64,000 nucleotides of DNA from Thermoprotei archaeon (lineage in GTDB: Archaea > Thermoproteota > Thermoprotei > Thermoproteales > B15-G16). The stretch is from assembly GCA_003649205.1 (NCBI GenBank), contig QMRC01000002.1, positions 64,001 to 128,000 on the forward strand, written 5' to 3'. Shown in pieces: positions 41,221-51,271 of this stretch (position 1 is the stretch's first letter; each line of letters opens with the position of its first letter). The notes below the pieces were generated by a model. The model ran no database searches. It worked only from the letters and a program-made list of their open reading frames with translations, and was not told the origin of the DNA. The translations under genes were made by a program, and so were the position numbers.

Positions 41221-41437
41221 CACCCCCTACTCAACCTTAGTCACACTAACAGTGACCCAACTTCAAAATGATGCACCAGGCACACCAGCATTAGGAATAG
41301 CACTACTAGCCCTAAAACAATATAGGACATAGATCACTCAACAACTATACCTCATAGTAGCAAGCTAAAGGAACCTATGGACAAGAGAGTTAGTGTGATC
41401 AAAAACAAAGATAAGCTAGGTCTAGAGGATACACCTA

Positions 41438-41910
41438 ATGGATATTGTATTACCCAAGACAATTGCTGAGAAACTACAGAAGAAAGCTAAGTACACCGTC
41501 ACATCAGTTGAGAAGTACTTACTCGATGTCTTGACTAAGGACTACGATCCTGAGACTACTGCTGAAAAGCACCTTAGCACAGCACTAGAGCACCTCGAGC
41601 AGACTAAGGAAGAGCTCAAGGAAAGTGATCTTAGGCAATCCAGTAAAAAGATCCGGAATACATGTACACCTGCTATCAAGGCTCATGCACCTGCTAGAAA
41701 GAGCAAGAGAACAGAGTCACACACAGAATTATGGGTTTACAAGAACGAAGTTACTAAGAACTCGATAACTGAATTAAAATGGTACTCAAAGTAGCAGACA
41801 CCACACATAAGAACCTCTACGAAGAATTAACAACAAGAGAAAATGTGAAAGATACACTGAGAGAAGTAGAGAAGCTTGTGAAGACCATAGTGAAGAGACC
41901 TAGAGGTGAT
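41438..41910 (+). pseudogene. Degenerate PaREP1
   Basis: MDIVLPKTIAEKL..DLRQSSKKIRN (compare QASEKIW)..ESHTELWVY; the C-terminus (HKNLYE) lies past the stop codon. Confidence 0.7.
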
Positions 41911-41915
41911 ACAAA

Positions 41916-42542
41916 ATCACGTCCACGAACCCTCCACTCGAACTTAAACTAGATACCTGGTTCTACGAGACATACGTACCCAGAAGATTCACGCTGGATA
42001 ACGGTGAGGTAATTGAGTTAACCGCTAAAGAAGTTGAGGAGAAACTCTCAAGAGAACCACTATTCCTACTCTACGTACCACCAAAGCACATAGACGATGT
42101 GTGTAGACTACTCAAGGAAGAGGAATTCACCGAGACATGGCTACGTGTGCCCAAGGGTGAGAAGTACAGTCTTGTGAGAAGGCTCATTGAACCGTGGGAA
42201 CTCCATGTGAGAATCTACGAGAGTGGGTTCATAGAGTCCGAGGTCGAAGTGAGTCGAGACTACATTGAGCACCTAGGTGAGTACCGTGTGTATGTTGTCT
42301 ACGAGCTCTTCAACTTCTACAGCAAAGTCTATGACAGGTTACACATACTGTACAAGCCCAGGAACAGGTGGGTCGTTAAAGTGTGGGATAACCTACGCAT
42401 CAGAGTAAAACCACCAAAGCTACTAACACCCTGGAAACCCATAGCAGTGGGAGTAGGCGTAGCCATAGCTGTAGGCCTCCTCACATACGCACTAGCTAAG
42501 CTCGAGAAGGGAGATCATGAACACTCCCAGGAAACTACTTGA
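41916..42542 (+). CDS. Hypothetical protein with C-terminal TM anchor; probable ATC start
   Basis: The frame is open from 41910 to 42542. GAGGTGAT RBS at 41903-41910; the first canonical start (GTG 42099) is far inside. Contains PWELHVRIY..G.IESEVEV. Confidence 0.65.
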   Translation: MTSTNPPLELKLDTWFYETYVPRRFTLDNGEVIELTAKEVEEKLSREPLFLLYVPPKHIDDVCRLLKEEEFTETWLRVPKGEKYSLVRRLIEPWELHVRIYESGFIESEVEVSRDYIEHLGEYRVYVVYELFNFYSKVYDRLHILYKPRNRWVVKVWDNLRIRVKPPKLLTPWKPIAVGVGVAIAVGLLTYALAKLEKGDHEHSQETT

Positions 42543-42924
42543 AGTGTACAACCTCTGCATAAGGTACCTCCACGAAGCTGAGAAACTCTTAGGCAAGGGA
42601 GACCCTGTTGAAGCTAGTGAGAAACTATACAAGGTAGTGGAAGAGTGCGTCAAGGCACTAGCCGAGGTACATGAACTTGAGGAGTACAGAAAATCTCTTG
42701 AAGTAGGTAAGTGGAATGTTGCTAGACTTGAATCTGCTTCACGTAAGTTAGCTGAGATCTACGGTGACGATGTGTACATCACCTGGAAAATTGCCTACGA
42801 GAAACTACACATTAGAGGCTTTCACGAGCGAGAACTAGCACCGAACGAAGTTAAAGAGGAAATACCTAGAGTAGGGATGTTACTTGCCATCATTAAGGAC
42901 CTCGTAAAGAAGTTAAGCAAGTAA
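42517..42924 (+). CDS. PaREP1 family protein lacking the N-terminal RHH-like segment
   Basis: EASEKLYKVVEECVKAL, GKW and LHIRGFHE. Confidence 0.9.
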   Translation: MNTPRKLLEVYNLCIRYLHEAEKLLGKGDPVEASEKLYKVVEECVKALAEVHELEEYRKSLEVGKWNVARLESASRKLAEIYGDDVYITWKIAYEKLHIRGFHERELAPNEVKEEIPRVGMLLAIIKDLVKKLSK

Positions 42925-43518
42925 AGTACACTACACAGTACTTGACGAAGGTAAAGGAAACAACAGCTCTAACACCATTACCCAGACACAAGCAAATCTC
43001 ATAGACACATCAACAACCATTTAAAAACTATGAGAGACCTAACCCCCTCCACAGCCCCCACAAACCCCAGTAACTTACGAACTCACCAACAACCACAAAA
43101 GACACAACAACCCAACACATCTACCACAACTAGTAAGACTCTAACCTCCCTCCAACCCCCCAACTTTAATCACTAGCGCGAATAGGAGACTCAACACCAA
43201 TACTATGAATAGTACCATAAACCCTATCTCAAGACCCAAAACCCAAGATCTTCAACACTGCATAGATCCCCGAAACAACAACCCCAACAGCTAAGACATA
43301 AATAATCACCTGAAGCACCCTATCAACCAACGACAGATCCCCCCTAGACACATCAACCACACCACCAATTAAGTAATGCCCTAGCTCCACCCTTAAAACC
43401 CTCTTACACTACCTCAGAACCCCACCCTCGAAGCCCCCACCCTCAAAAACAACATCTACCCAGTCAACAGAACCAAGCGCACTAAAATTTATGTTACCGA
43501 GTACGTAATTCCAAGACA

Positions 43519-43878
43519 GTGAAGACAATGTGGGAGTACGTAATTGGCGGCGCTACCATCTTTGGATTAATCGTCACTCTAGGTGCTTGGTTAAACGGTA
43601 GAATGACTAGAAGAGTCATGATACAACACTTCAAGGAGGTTGAGCAGCATTTTGAGAGAATTGAGAGATACTTCGAAAGATCAGATAGAAGATTTGAAGA
43701 AATACTTAGAGAAATCAGGAGGATAAGTGAGGAGTCCAATAGAAGATTTGAGGAGATGAATAAGAGATTTGAAGAACTACTTAAGAAAATGGATGAAAGA
43801 TTCAATGAACTCATCAAACAACACAATGAGTTAATTAAGCAACATAACGAAATACTGAAAATACTGAGGACTAAATAG
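43519..43878 (+). CDS. Membrane-anchored coiled-coil protein
   Basis: TM segment followed by RRFEE and NELIKQH repeats. Confidence 0.75.
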   Translation: MKTMWEYVIGGATIFGLIVTLGAWLNGRMTRRVMIQHFKEVEQHFERIERYFERSDRRFEEILREIRRISEESNRRFEEMNKRFEELLKKMDERFNELIKQHNELIKQHNEILKILRTK

Positions 43879-44040
43879 TGAAAACAAATCTAGGGTAACT
43901 ACGCTTACTGCTGATAGAGAATATCCTAAGATCCTTCACAGTCCTAGTCTCGAACCTTGGGTACTCGGTACACCCTTAAAGGTTAAGCCTAATAATATGG
44001 TTGACACAATTACATTAGGATAAAAGTCGCGCAAACGTTA

Positions 44041-44508
44041 TTGAGAAAACCTGATACAATATTCACTAGAGCACTAAATACCAGAGGTCTTACCCATGAC
44101 AGAAGGAATCTACCCGGCATTGTTACACTTGCTGATGGCAGTAAGCTCGTCCTACGTGTTGTAATCGTCGGTGTAAAGCATGTTGGTTTCTCACCATTTG
44201 GAGGAGTAAACTTCACAATCAAGACCGCAGGAGGCATAGCATCGCTCTACGTACCAGACGAACTAAAGAATAAAGTAAAGGACAAACCCCTCACCCCTCC
44301 TGATAAACCTCCAGAGGATGGATGGGAGCTAATAGATATCCAGAGTCAAGAACCAGCAATAGAAGAGGTAGAAGGCAAGAAGTACAGGATTAAGGTCTTA
44401 GCTGAAGCATCCATGGTTTCCCGCAACATGAATTACAAAACCGACGTAGGTGAACCACTCTACTGGGTCCACTGGAACGTTAAAACACAATGGAAGCCCT
44501 CGGGGTGA
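44041..44508 (+). CDS. Hypothetical protein, possibly frameshifted near its 5' end
   Basis: VTLADGSKLVLRV...GEPLYWVHW. The best RBS (GAGGT) plus ATG at 44096 is out of frame with the long ORF. Confidence 0.55.
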   Translation: MRKPDTIFTRALNTRGLTHDRRNLPGIVTLADGSKLVLRVVIVGVKHVGFSPFGGVNFTIKTAGGIASLYVPDELKNKVKDKPLTPPDKPPEDGWELIDIQSQEPAIEEVEGKKYRIKVLAEASMVSRNMNYKTDVGEPLYWVHWNVKTQWKPSG

Positions 44509-44784
44509 AGCATATTGAGCCAGCTAACTAACACAGTAGACTCAACAATGAGCTACGGTCCAATACAAGAAGTACCTGTATCGTCACAAAATACAGCTAG
44601 CAAACTCAAGATCTTATCAAAAAAGCTTCGCGCAATAAAAACTCATAGATGCTGCTGAAAGCTGAGAGATAATATCACAGAAAGGAACTAGAAAAGGCTG
44701 AAGAGGTTAAGGTTCAAGCTACTAACTTGTCTACTCAGCCCTGATATAATGCTGATGTATTGGAGATGATTTTTTCTAAAGTGA

Positions 44785-45027
44785 TCATTTGTTAATCTTG
44801 TTAACTTTTACCAAAAAGCTTTGTATCTCCTTAGCTATTTCACTAACTATGGGTCTTATAATTAGTTCACTTGCTCTCCAAATCTCAATACCAATAACCT
44901 CACCTCTCTCGTTGAATTCCACGTACACGTCTTCACACACCTCAACAGTATCATGAGCATGGTCTTCCTTGAAAATTAAATACAGTATGTCATGTCTATT
45001 ATCGTACATAACCCTCACAACAATCAC
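44785..45027 (-). CDS. DUF2283 family protein
   Basis: YDNRHDILYLIF..DTVEV.EDVYVEFNERGEVIGIEIWRAS. Confidence 0.88.
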   Translation of the reverse strand: MIVVRVMYDNRHDILYLIFKEDHAHDTVEVCEDVYVEFNERGEVIGIEIWRASELIIRPIVSEIAKEIQSFLVKVNKINK

Positions 45028-45397
45028 CCTCTAGAGACTTCGCAAAAGTAGATTTACACTGAGCATATAATGCGTCCAAAGACCTCTTAACAAGACTCAG
45101 AGCCTTTTCCTGTAAATGCGGCAAATTAGAATCATTTTTCGCAATTTCGATAAGTGCCTTTAACGCATATAAATTACCTTCCTCAGCCATTTTACCTAAG
45201 GCATCTAATGCAGCCTCCTGAACACTCGACAACTGAAAGGGATCATTGATAATTTTCTTAAGATCCTCTACAACACCAATTTCATTGAGAATTTTGTTGA
45301 GAACTTCATTGTAAGAATTACACGCATAAATACGCTTCAACTGCTCCAACCTTTCAACCGTCTTCTTCTCGACTCTAATATATGTATACCTACTCAT
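44999..45397 (-). CDS. Antitoxin-like DNA-binding N-terminus fused to HEAT-like helices
   Basis: TYIRVEKKTVERLEQLK..SYNEVLNKIL, then VQEAALDALGKM and LQEKAL repeats. Confidence 0.6.
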   Translation of the reverse strand: MSRYTYIRVEKKTVERLEQLKRIYACNSYNEVLNKILNEIGVVEDLKKIINDPFQLSSVQEAALDALGKMAEEGNLYALKALIEIAKNDSNLPHLQEKALSLVKRSLDALYAQCKSTFAKSLEGDCCEGYVR

Positions 45398-45424
45398 ACC
45401 TGACCTCTAAGATAACCACGTGAC

Positions 45425-45480
45425 CCCCACTTAAAAACTTTTTGTACTTACCATTATCATAGCATTAACCTTATATTTGG
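45425..45480. promoter_or_regulatory. Probable divergent archaeal promoter region
   Basis: AT-rich TTAAAAACTTTTTG and CTTATA boxes between divergent starts at 45397 (-) and about 45501 (+). Confidence 0.35.
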
Positions 45481-45500
45481 TATTTACAAAACATACCATA

Positions 45501-45788
45501 ATGCACCTTAGACTCACACATCATGCCAACGAAAAGTTGAGAATCAGAGGAATTGATGTAAAAGAGATCGAGCAAATCATGAGAAAACCATCAAGAATGC
45601 TCTATGACCTACTAACCAAAAGGTACATAGCAATCGGACCTAGACCAACAAAACCAAGCCAATATCTGGTAGTAGTGTACGAAAAGATAGACAATGATGT
45701 GGAAGTGATAACAGCGTACACTACAACAAAAGTAGACAAAGTAATTAAATCAAAGGTAGAGAAGGGAAGATGGTTCGAAATCAAGTAG
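45501..45788 (+). CDS. DUF4258 (RelE/BrnT-like) toxin candidate
   Basis: LTHHANEKLRIRGI...LVVVYE...VITAY; ATG at 45501. Confidence 0.8.
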   Translation: MHLRLTHHANEKLRIRGIDVKEIEQIMRKPSRMLYDLLTKRYIAIGPRPTKPSQYLVVVYEKIDNDVEVITAYTTTKVDKVIKSKVEKGRWFEIK

Positions 45789-45899
45789 AGAACATAAGAA
45801 GAAACTACAGCTACAAACTAGCTACAGCACCCAGACTATACCCAACATATGAACAGTGAACAAAACCAAGCCACATGACGAGACCAGACCCACAACATC

Positions 45900-46110
45900 A
45901 CCACTCAATCAGAGTATGCTTGCCAACACACAATTCTCGCACCAGCACCAATCAAACTATCAACAATCCCACCAGGAACACACTCAATAAAAACACCATA
46001 CCACAACAACACCATCCTCAACTTCAACACCATCCGGCAATCACCACCAACACCAGTATACGGACCAACGTACGTACCAGGTTCAATAACTGTACTAGAA
46101 TAGTGAAAAT
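45900..46110 (-). pseudogene. Sugar-1-phosphate nucleotidyltransferase C-terminal (left-handed beta-helix) remnant
   Basis: Fragments VIEPGTYVGPYTGVG, EVEDGVV and IVDSLIGAGARI in broken frames. Confidence 0.55.
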
Positions 46111-46268
46111 GAAAAAGAGACTCAACACGTCACCAGACTCTGAAACCTAACACTGGTAAAGATGAAGTTATAGTTGAAACCAGGATGTACTTCGATTGCA
46201 CCTCGATAATGTCTTAGTATCTAAAGAGTAAAAGAGCTAGAGTTATTGTGATGTCAACCTTCTCGCCA

Positions 46269-47405
46269 TTACTTAGAATGTTTGGCAAGTAATTCCCTCT
46301 TCACAACATCAAGTCTTCCATCATTTTCAATAAATACCTTAACTGCTTCAGCAAACAGTGGTGTAGTCCAAGCAAAGTACTGACCAATACCGGGCATATC
46401 CTTAGGAGGAGTCACACCTAGAAAGTCCTGCACCAAAAACGGAACAACTAAACTATCCTCAATCAAGACCTGTCGAATCAACGATATAGAGGGATCCATC
46501 CCCTGCAGTATGTCGGGATCCTCAACCACCTGAATTAATCGTCTAAGCAAATCACCCTCATCAATTCCACGTTCACTACACAACACACTAAGTTTCTGAA
46601 TAACACTAGTAACAAGACCCAAAACATCATCAAGATACTGACTAAATGACCCACGATACTCATATACCCACTTGATGATTTCACGTGGATTACCACCAGT
46701 CACCAAGTACACAGATTCTGGATCGAGATCACTACCTAACTCCCCCAACAAATCACGTACACCATCAAGACCTAAATTCCAAACAACACTCACCCTAACC
46801 TTACGCGTCTTCAACAACTCACCAACCACAGAACCATAGCTAGTCGAAACAATACTACAAACCCTATACCCCTGTCCAAGCAAATCATTAATGAAGTTAT
46901 AGAGGTGCTCCACAACCCTCTTTGCCTCCTCACCACGCACTTCATCAACAACAACCAACACATACTCGTAACCATACTTCTGCAATAGGGAAGAAATCTT
47001 ATCCAACAACTTAGAAAGTACAGAGAGTAAGGGCGAACCCCCTGCCGCTATGCTGCACACCATATCGAATAAGTCACGTAAGTCCTCACGCATCGAAAGT
47101 GCGCTACGCAATCTACTCAGAGATTCCGGCTCTTCACAGAGGATGCTGGATAACACGTGAGATTGTTTTGAAACACCATACGTGAATGCATTGAGCAGAA
47201 AACTCTTACCACAACCTCTAGGTCCATAAAGTACCTGGACAAAAGCGCTAGAACCTGTAAGAAGATCAACAAGCCTACATATCTCATCTCTACGATCAAC
47301 AAGCCTACAAACCTGTCTATACTCCCTAGCTCTCTCAAGTACATCCCAAAACCTCAGACTACGCGTAAACCAAAGGTAGAGACAAGCCGAAATAATATCG
47401 CCCAA
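46269..47405 (-). CDS. Archaeal STAND-like ATPase, divergent copy 4
   Basis: LVDRRDE, GPRGCGKS, VVVDEV, VWNL, GGNPR and GIGQYFAWTTP. Confidence 0.88.
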   Translation of the reverse strand: MGDIISACLYLWFTRSLRFWDVLERAREYRQVCRLVDRRDEICRLVDLLTGSSAFVQVLYGPRGCGKSFLLNAFTYGVSKQSHVLSSILCEEPESLSRLRSALSMREDLRDLFDMVCSIAAGGSPLLSVLSKLLDKISSLLQKYGYEYVLVVVDEVRGEEAKRVVEHLYNFINDLLGQGYRVCSIVSTSYGSVVGELLKTRKVRVSVVWNLGLDGVRDLLGELGSDLDPESVYLVTGGNPREIIKWVYEYRGSFSQYLDDVLGLVTSVIQKLSVLCSERGIDEGDLLRRLIQVVEDPDILQGMDPSISLIRQVLIEDSLVVPFLVQDFLGVTPPKDMPGIGQYFAWTTPLFAEAVKVFIENDGRLDVVKRELLAKHSK

Positions 47406-47491
47406 TATCCCACCTACAACTCATAAACCACACAAAAGTTAATAATTCAATTAACAAAATCACCTCTGTATTTCCACATAACCCATCAACA

Positions 47492-49258
47492 TCAATCACT
47501 TACCTTGACTATATCATTAAATCGCTCCGCCAAATACTTAGCTAACTCCTGAAGATCCTCACTAGATAATGCCCTACAAACCTCCCAAGGCACGTAAATC
47601 CTATATGAACACAGACTACGAGGAACAGTCGCCACAACTTCAATAGCTTCACCTCCAGCTCTTACCAACACACTTGATCTACATACAATTTCACATCCAC
47701 CTCCAATTTCGAATACCGGCAGGGAAATGAACACCAAAGGAAGACCACACACATCAACAAAGTCCAAACACCGATACCTAAGAGACCTCACAAACAAATC
47801 CTGTAAATCCAAGAACTGAGAACATAAACCACGACGCTCTAAGAAATCAAACATAGCATTAGTAAGCTCAACCTCAACCTCCAACTTACGACGAAGATCA
47901 AGACGAATATTAGTCCTCAAGCTAGCAATACAACACGGCAGTCTCTGCACCTTGAGATCCTCAAGCAGGTACTCAGTGTACCTAAGCAACAACCCCTCCC
48001 GCTCCCTAACCTCCACACGCCTCTCACGCAGAAAATCCGCAATACGCACTAACAAAGCCTCATCCGTAGTAGCTACAAGACGAAGAACCTTAGTACCAAC
48101 ATCTAAATCCCTCTCAGCAGATGAACTCAAGTACGCACAGGTTATGTGCAAGAGAAGTTCACGCACAGCCCTACTCTCATCAGACTCATAGATCTCAGCA
48201 TACTGGTGAAGCCTCCTAACAAAAAGCTCCTGAATCAAAGGGACATAACTATCAGGAACCACAACTACAAGTCTCTTCCGACCCCCTACCTCCACGAGAC
48301 TAGGTCTCAAAGCCCTAGCCATTCGCGACCAATTAACAACAACCTCACCCCACACATGGAGAGAATCCCTATTGAGGTAATCCAAGCGATCAAGATCCAG
48401 CACACAATCGTCCATAACGAATCTGATAAGAGGATCAACAAAGTCCTCATAGAAAAGCTCTAGATACCTACTCAGATCAGAACCCTTCAAGACACCATCA
48501 AATGACTTAACAAATACAGTACCCCTACTCGATGAAGGGTAAGCCAAAGCAGCCTTTAAAACAGCCTCACCAACAAGAGAAACTCCACTCCTCCTCAATA
48601 AATCAAGAACAACCCTACGCAACTCAGCCAAATCCACACTAAATAGAGGATTACTAGGCTCCTGAGCAAGATTAAACGCCACATGCAGCATAAACTTATC
48701 AACACGCTCAATAGAGCACAAACCCAAGAAACTAGTCACCCTCCCAAGCAAATGCCTCAAAACATCCTCCAACACATGACTCCAACTCGAATGATATAGA
48801 TCATGAAGAAGAGCCGCAGCAACAAGACCAGAAGTAATATCCTCCACCAAGCTCTTAACATCCCGACCCAACACCTCCTCAAAAAACCTCCTGAGCATAC
48901 CAACCGAACCCAAATACCTACAAACTAAGTCACATAGCAGGCACTTCCACTCCCCCAAAAACAAATACGTAAGAACAGCAACCCCAACACAGTGCTCAAA
49001 CCGAGTATGAGTAGCACCAGGATACCTAAGCCACGGTAAGATAGATAACTGTCTAACAAACACCAACCTCTGAAATTGAGGCAAGGTCATAAGCTCATAT
49101 AGAAAACGCGGAACCCTCACATACCCATACAACGAATCATAAACAACAACATCATCGCCAGAAACCAACCACAACCACCCAACCAGAAAAGACAAAACAA
49201 ATACATAAACCCTACAGCAACAGCAACACGAACCAAGTATAACACCCCATAAACACAA
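47492..49258 (-). CDS. HD-domain phosphohydrolase, SAMHD1/dNTPase-like
   Basis: DSLYG, FQRL..VRQL, YPGATHTRFEHCVGV, AALLHDLYH..WSH and DLDRLDYLNRDS. The true start is probably near 49170. Confidence 0.88.
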   Translation of the reverse strand: MCLWGVILGSCCCCCRVYVFVLSFLVGWLWLVSGDDVVVYDSLYGYVRVPRFLYELMTLPQFQRLVFVRQLSILPWLRYPGATHTRFEHCVGVAVLTYLFLGEWKCLLCDLVCRYLGSVGMLRRFFEEVLGRDVKSLVEDITSGLVAAALLHDLYHSSWSHVLEDVLRHLLGRVTSFLGLCSIERVDKFMLHVAFNLAQEPSNPLFSVDLAELRRVVLDLLRRSGVSLVGEAVLKAALAYPSSSRGTVFVKSFDGVLKGSDLSRYLELFYEDFVDPLIRFVMDDCVLDLDRLDYLNRDSLHVWGEVVVNWSRMARALRPSLVEVGGRKRLVVVVPDSYVPLIQELFVRRLHQYAEIYESDESRAVRELLLHITCAYLSSSAERDLDVGTKVLRLVATTDEALLVRIADFLRERRVEVREREGLLLRYTEYLLEDLKVQRLPCCIASLRTNIRLDLRRKLEVEVELTNAMFDFLERRGLCSQFLDLQDLFVRSLRYRCLDFVDVCGLPLVFISLPVFEIGGGCEIVCRSSVLVRAGGEAIEVVATVPRSLCSYRIYVPWEVCRALSSEDLQELAKYLAERFNDIVKVSD

Positions 49259-49735
49259 TCCTCAACTACAGCCCCATTCTCAACATGATCGCACAATCAC
49301 CTTACAACACTACAATTCAGCATCAGTCCACCAATCTCGAGGATATCTCCAGAAGCAACAATACCTCGCCATCATCCTTCACGAAAAATAAAGAGCAAGA
49401 ACAGCACCACCAGAACAAACAACAAGAAATACATCACCTAAGATGCGTATCAACCCAAGACCAAACACCAAACCCATAAAGTACCTAGACCAGCAGAGAA
49501 ACTAAAGACCCAATAAGAATCCGCAAAACAACACAAGAACTAGAAGAGAAAACCAATACTAAACACCACAAGAAAACACAGTACCCAAACTCTAGAGACG
49601 AAGGCAAAGGAGCAAACAACAAGCATGAAGAAACAAGAACCTTGCAAATCAAAGTCAAGAAATAGAGACCTTAACGAAACACCTAGAAAACAGACAACAA
49701 AGCAACAACACAGGAAAAACAACGAGGACAAGTAC

Positions 49736-51064
49736 ATGACCACCCAACCAACAATATCAATAATCATACCAGTAGGAAAAGAAGGAGAAGACCTCTACAA
49801 CCGCATACTAAAATTCAAGAGAGAAATGGACCAAACAGCAAAACAACACAACATAACCTACGAACTCATACTAGTAACAGACCTACACCACAAACCAACA
49901 CTAAAAGCAATGACAAAACTAGCGAGACAAAACATAGCAAAAGAAAAATCAATAGAAACGCAGTACCCCACACAGGAAAACTACAGAACACTCCTAGACA
50001 CAAACACACCCATAACACCACAAACCACCACCAAAGCAACACCCTCTAGCAACCTGAACACACAGAAACCAAAGCTCAGTATCATCATACCGACGTACAA
50101 CGAACGAGATAACATACCAGAACTCATCAAGAGACTTGAGAAAACACTCAAAGACATTAACTATGAAATCATCTTCGTAGATGACAACTCACCAGATGGT
50201 ACAGCAGAAGTCATCAGAAAGTACATGACTAAAAACCCTAAGATCAAACTCATCGTTAGACACAAGAAAATGGGACTCACAACAGCCATGATAGATGGGT
50301 TTCTAACTTCAAGAGGAGAACTCGTAGCCTTCATGGATGCAGACCTCCAACACCCACCAGAACTCCTCCCTACACTCTACAGGCTCGTAGCCGAAAAAGG
50401 CTACGACATAGCCATAGCATCCAGATACGTCAAAGGAGCTAAAATACAAGGCTGGCCACTATGGAGAAGAATAGTAAGTAAAGGAGCAATCCTCCTCGCA
50501 CACCTCCTCATACCACAAACCAGAAAAGTCAAAGACCCTCTCTCAGGATACTTCCTAGCAAAGAGAACAGTACTAGAACCAATTATAGAGACAATACAAA
50601 AAAGACATCGAGTACAAAAATCAGTCTTCGGCAAAATCCTCCTCGAAACCCTTGCACAAATCCATGCACTGAAAGTAATCGAGAAGCCATACACCTTCAC
50701 AAATAGACGTTGTGGACAAAGCAAAATGCCACTAAGCATATACCCAAAGTACATCTGGTACCTCCTCACACTCAGCAACTACTTCACTCTCAAATACATT
50801 GCCATAGCCACCATAGCAGCACTCCTCGCCAAATACACAACACCAACCCTAGGCATAACATCACTAGCACTCAGCATACTTATTCGATGGCTCACACTCC
50901 ACAAAGAACTACCACTAAAAACACTACTCATAGCAGAAACAACATCAACAACCATCAAGAAACTAATCACCTACACCCTCCACACAACACTAGCACCACT
51001 CACCACCATAAGCTGGATCATAGCCACAGCCACAGAACTCTTCCTAATACATAGGTTAAGGTAA
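49736..51064 (+). CDS. GT2 DPM1-like glycosyltransferase with a truncated extra GT2 N-terminus and TM tail
   Basis: ISIIIPVGKE..YELILVTD fragment, then LSIIIPTYNE, VDDNSPDGT, MDADLQHPP and DPLSGYF. Confidence 0.88.
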   Translation: MTTQPTISIIIPVGKEGEDLYNRILKFKREMDQTAKQHNITYELILVTDLHHKPTLKAMTKLARQNIAKEKSIETQYPTQENYRTLLDTNTPITPQTTTKATPSSNLNTQKPKLSIIIPTYNERDNIPELIKRLEKTLKDINYEIIFVDDNSPDGTAEVIRKYMTKNPKIKLIVRHKKMGLTTAMIDGFLTSRGELVAFMDADLQHPPELLPTLYRLVAEKGYDIAIASRYVKGAKIQGWPLWRRIVSKGAILLAHLLIPQTRKVKDPLSGYFLAKRTVLEPIIETIQKRHRVQKSVFGKILLETLAQIHALKVIEKPYTFTNRRCGQSKMPLSIYPKYIWYLLTLSNYFTLKYIAIATIAALLAKYTTPTLGITSLALSILIRWLTLHKELPLKTLLIAETTSTTIKKLITYTLHTTLAPLTTISWIIATATELFLIHRLR

Positions 51065-51271
51065 TACCAATCATAGCACTTAACACGGTAGCCCTAGCAA
51101 CAATACGCTTCGAACACCGCAATGACATAGCCGAGAGACAAGGTGAATAACTAGGGGAAACATCAATACGTAATACTGCAAAGAAACATGACATCTAGAG
51201 CAAAAGCAAATGACAGAAAACTTAATGAATGGAGCACCCTTTATTACTAGCTAGCACGTAAGGTTTCCAGT

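Noticed and set aside
18295-47405. Integron cassette array
   Set aside because: No tyrosine integrase is in the window, and I could not see recurring attC-like RYYYAAC...GTTRRRY palindromes. Several modules are on the - strand. A covariance-model search would be needed to exclude it fully.
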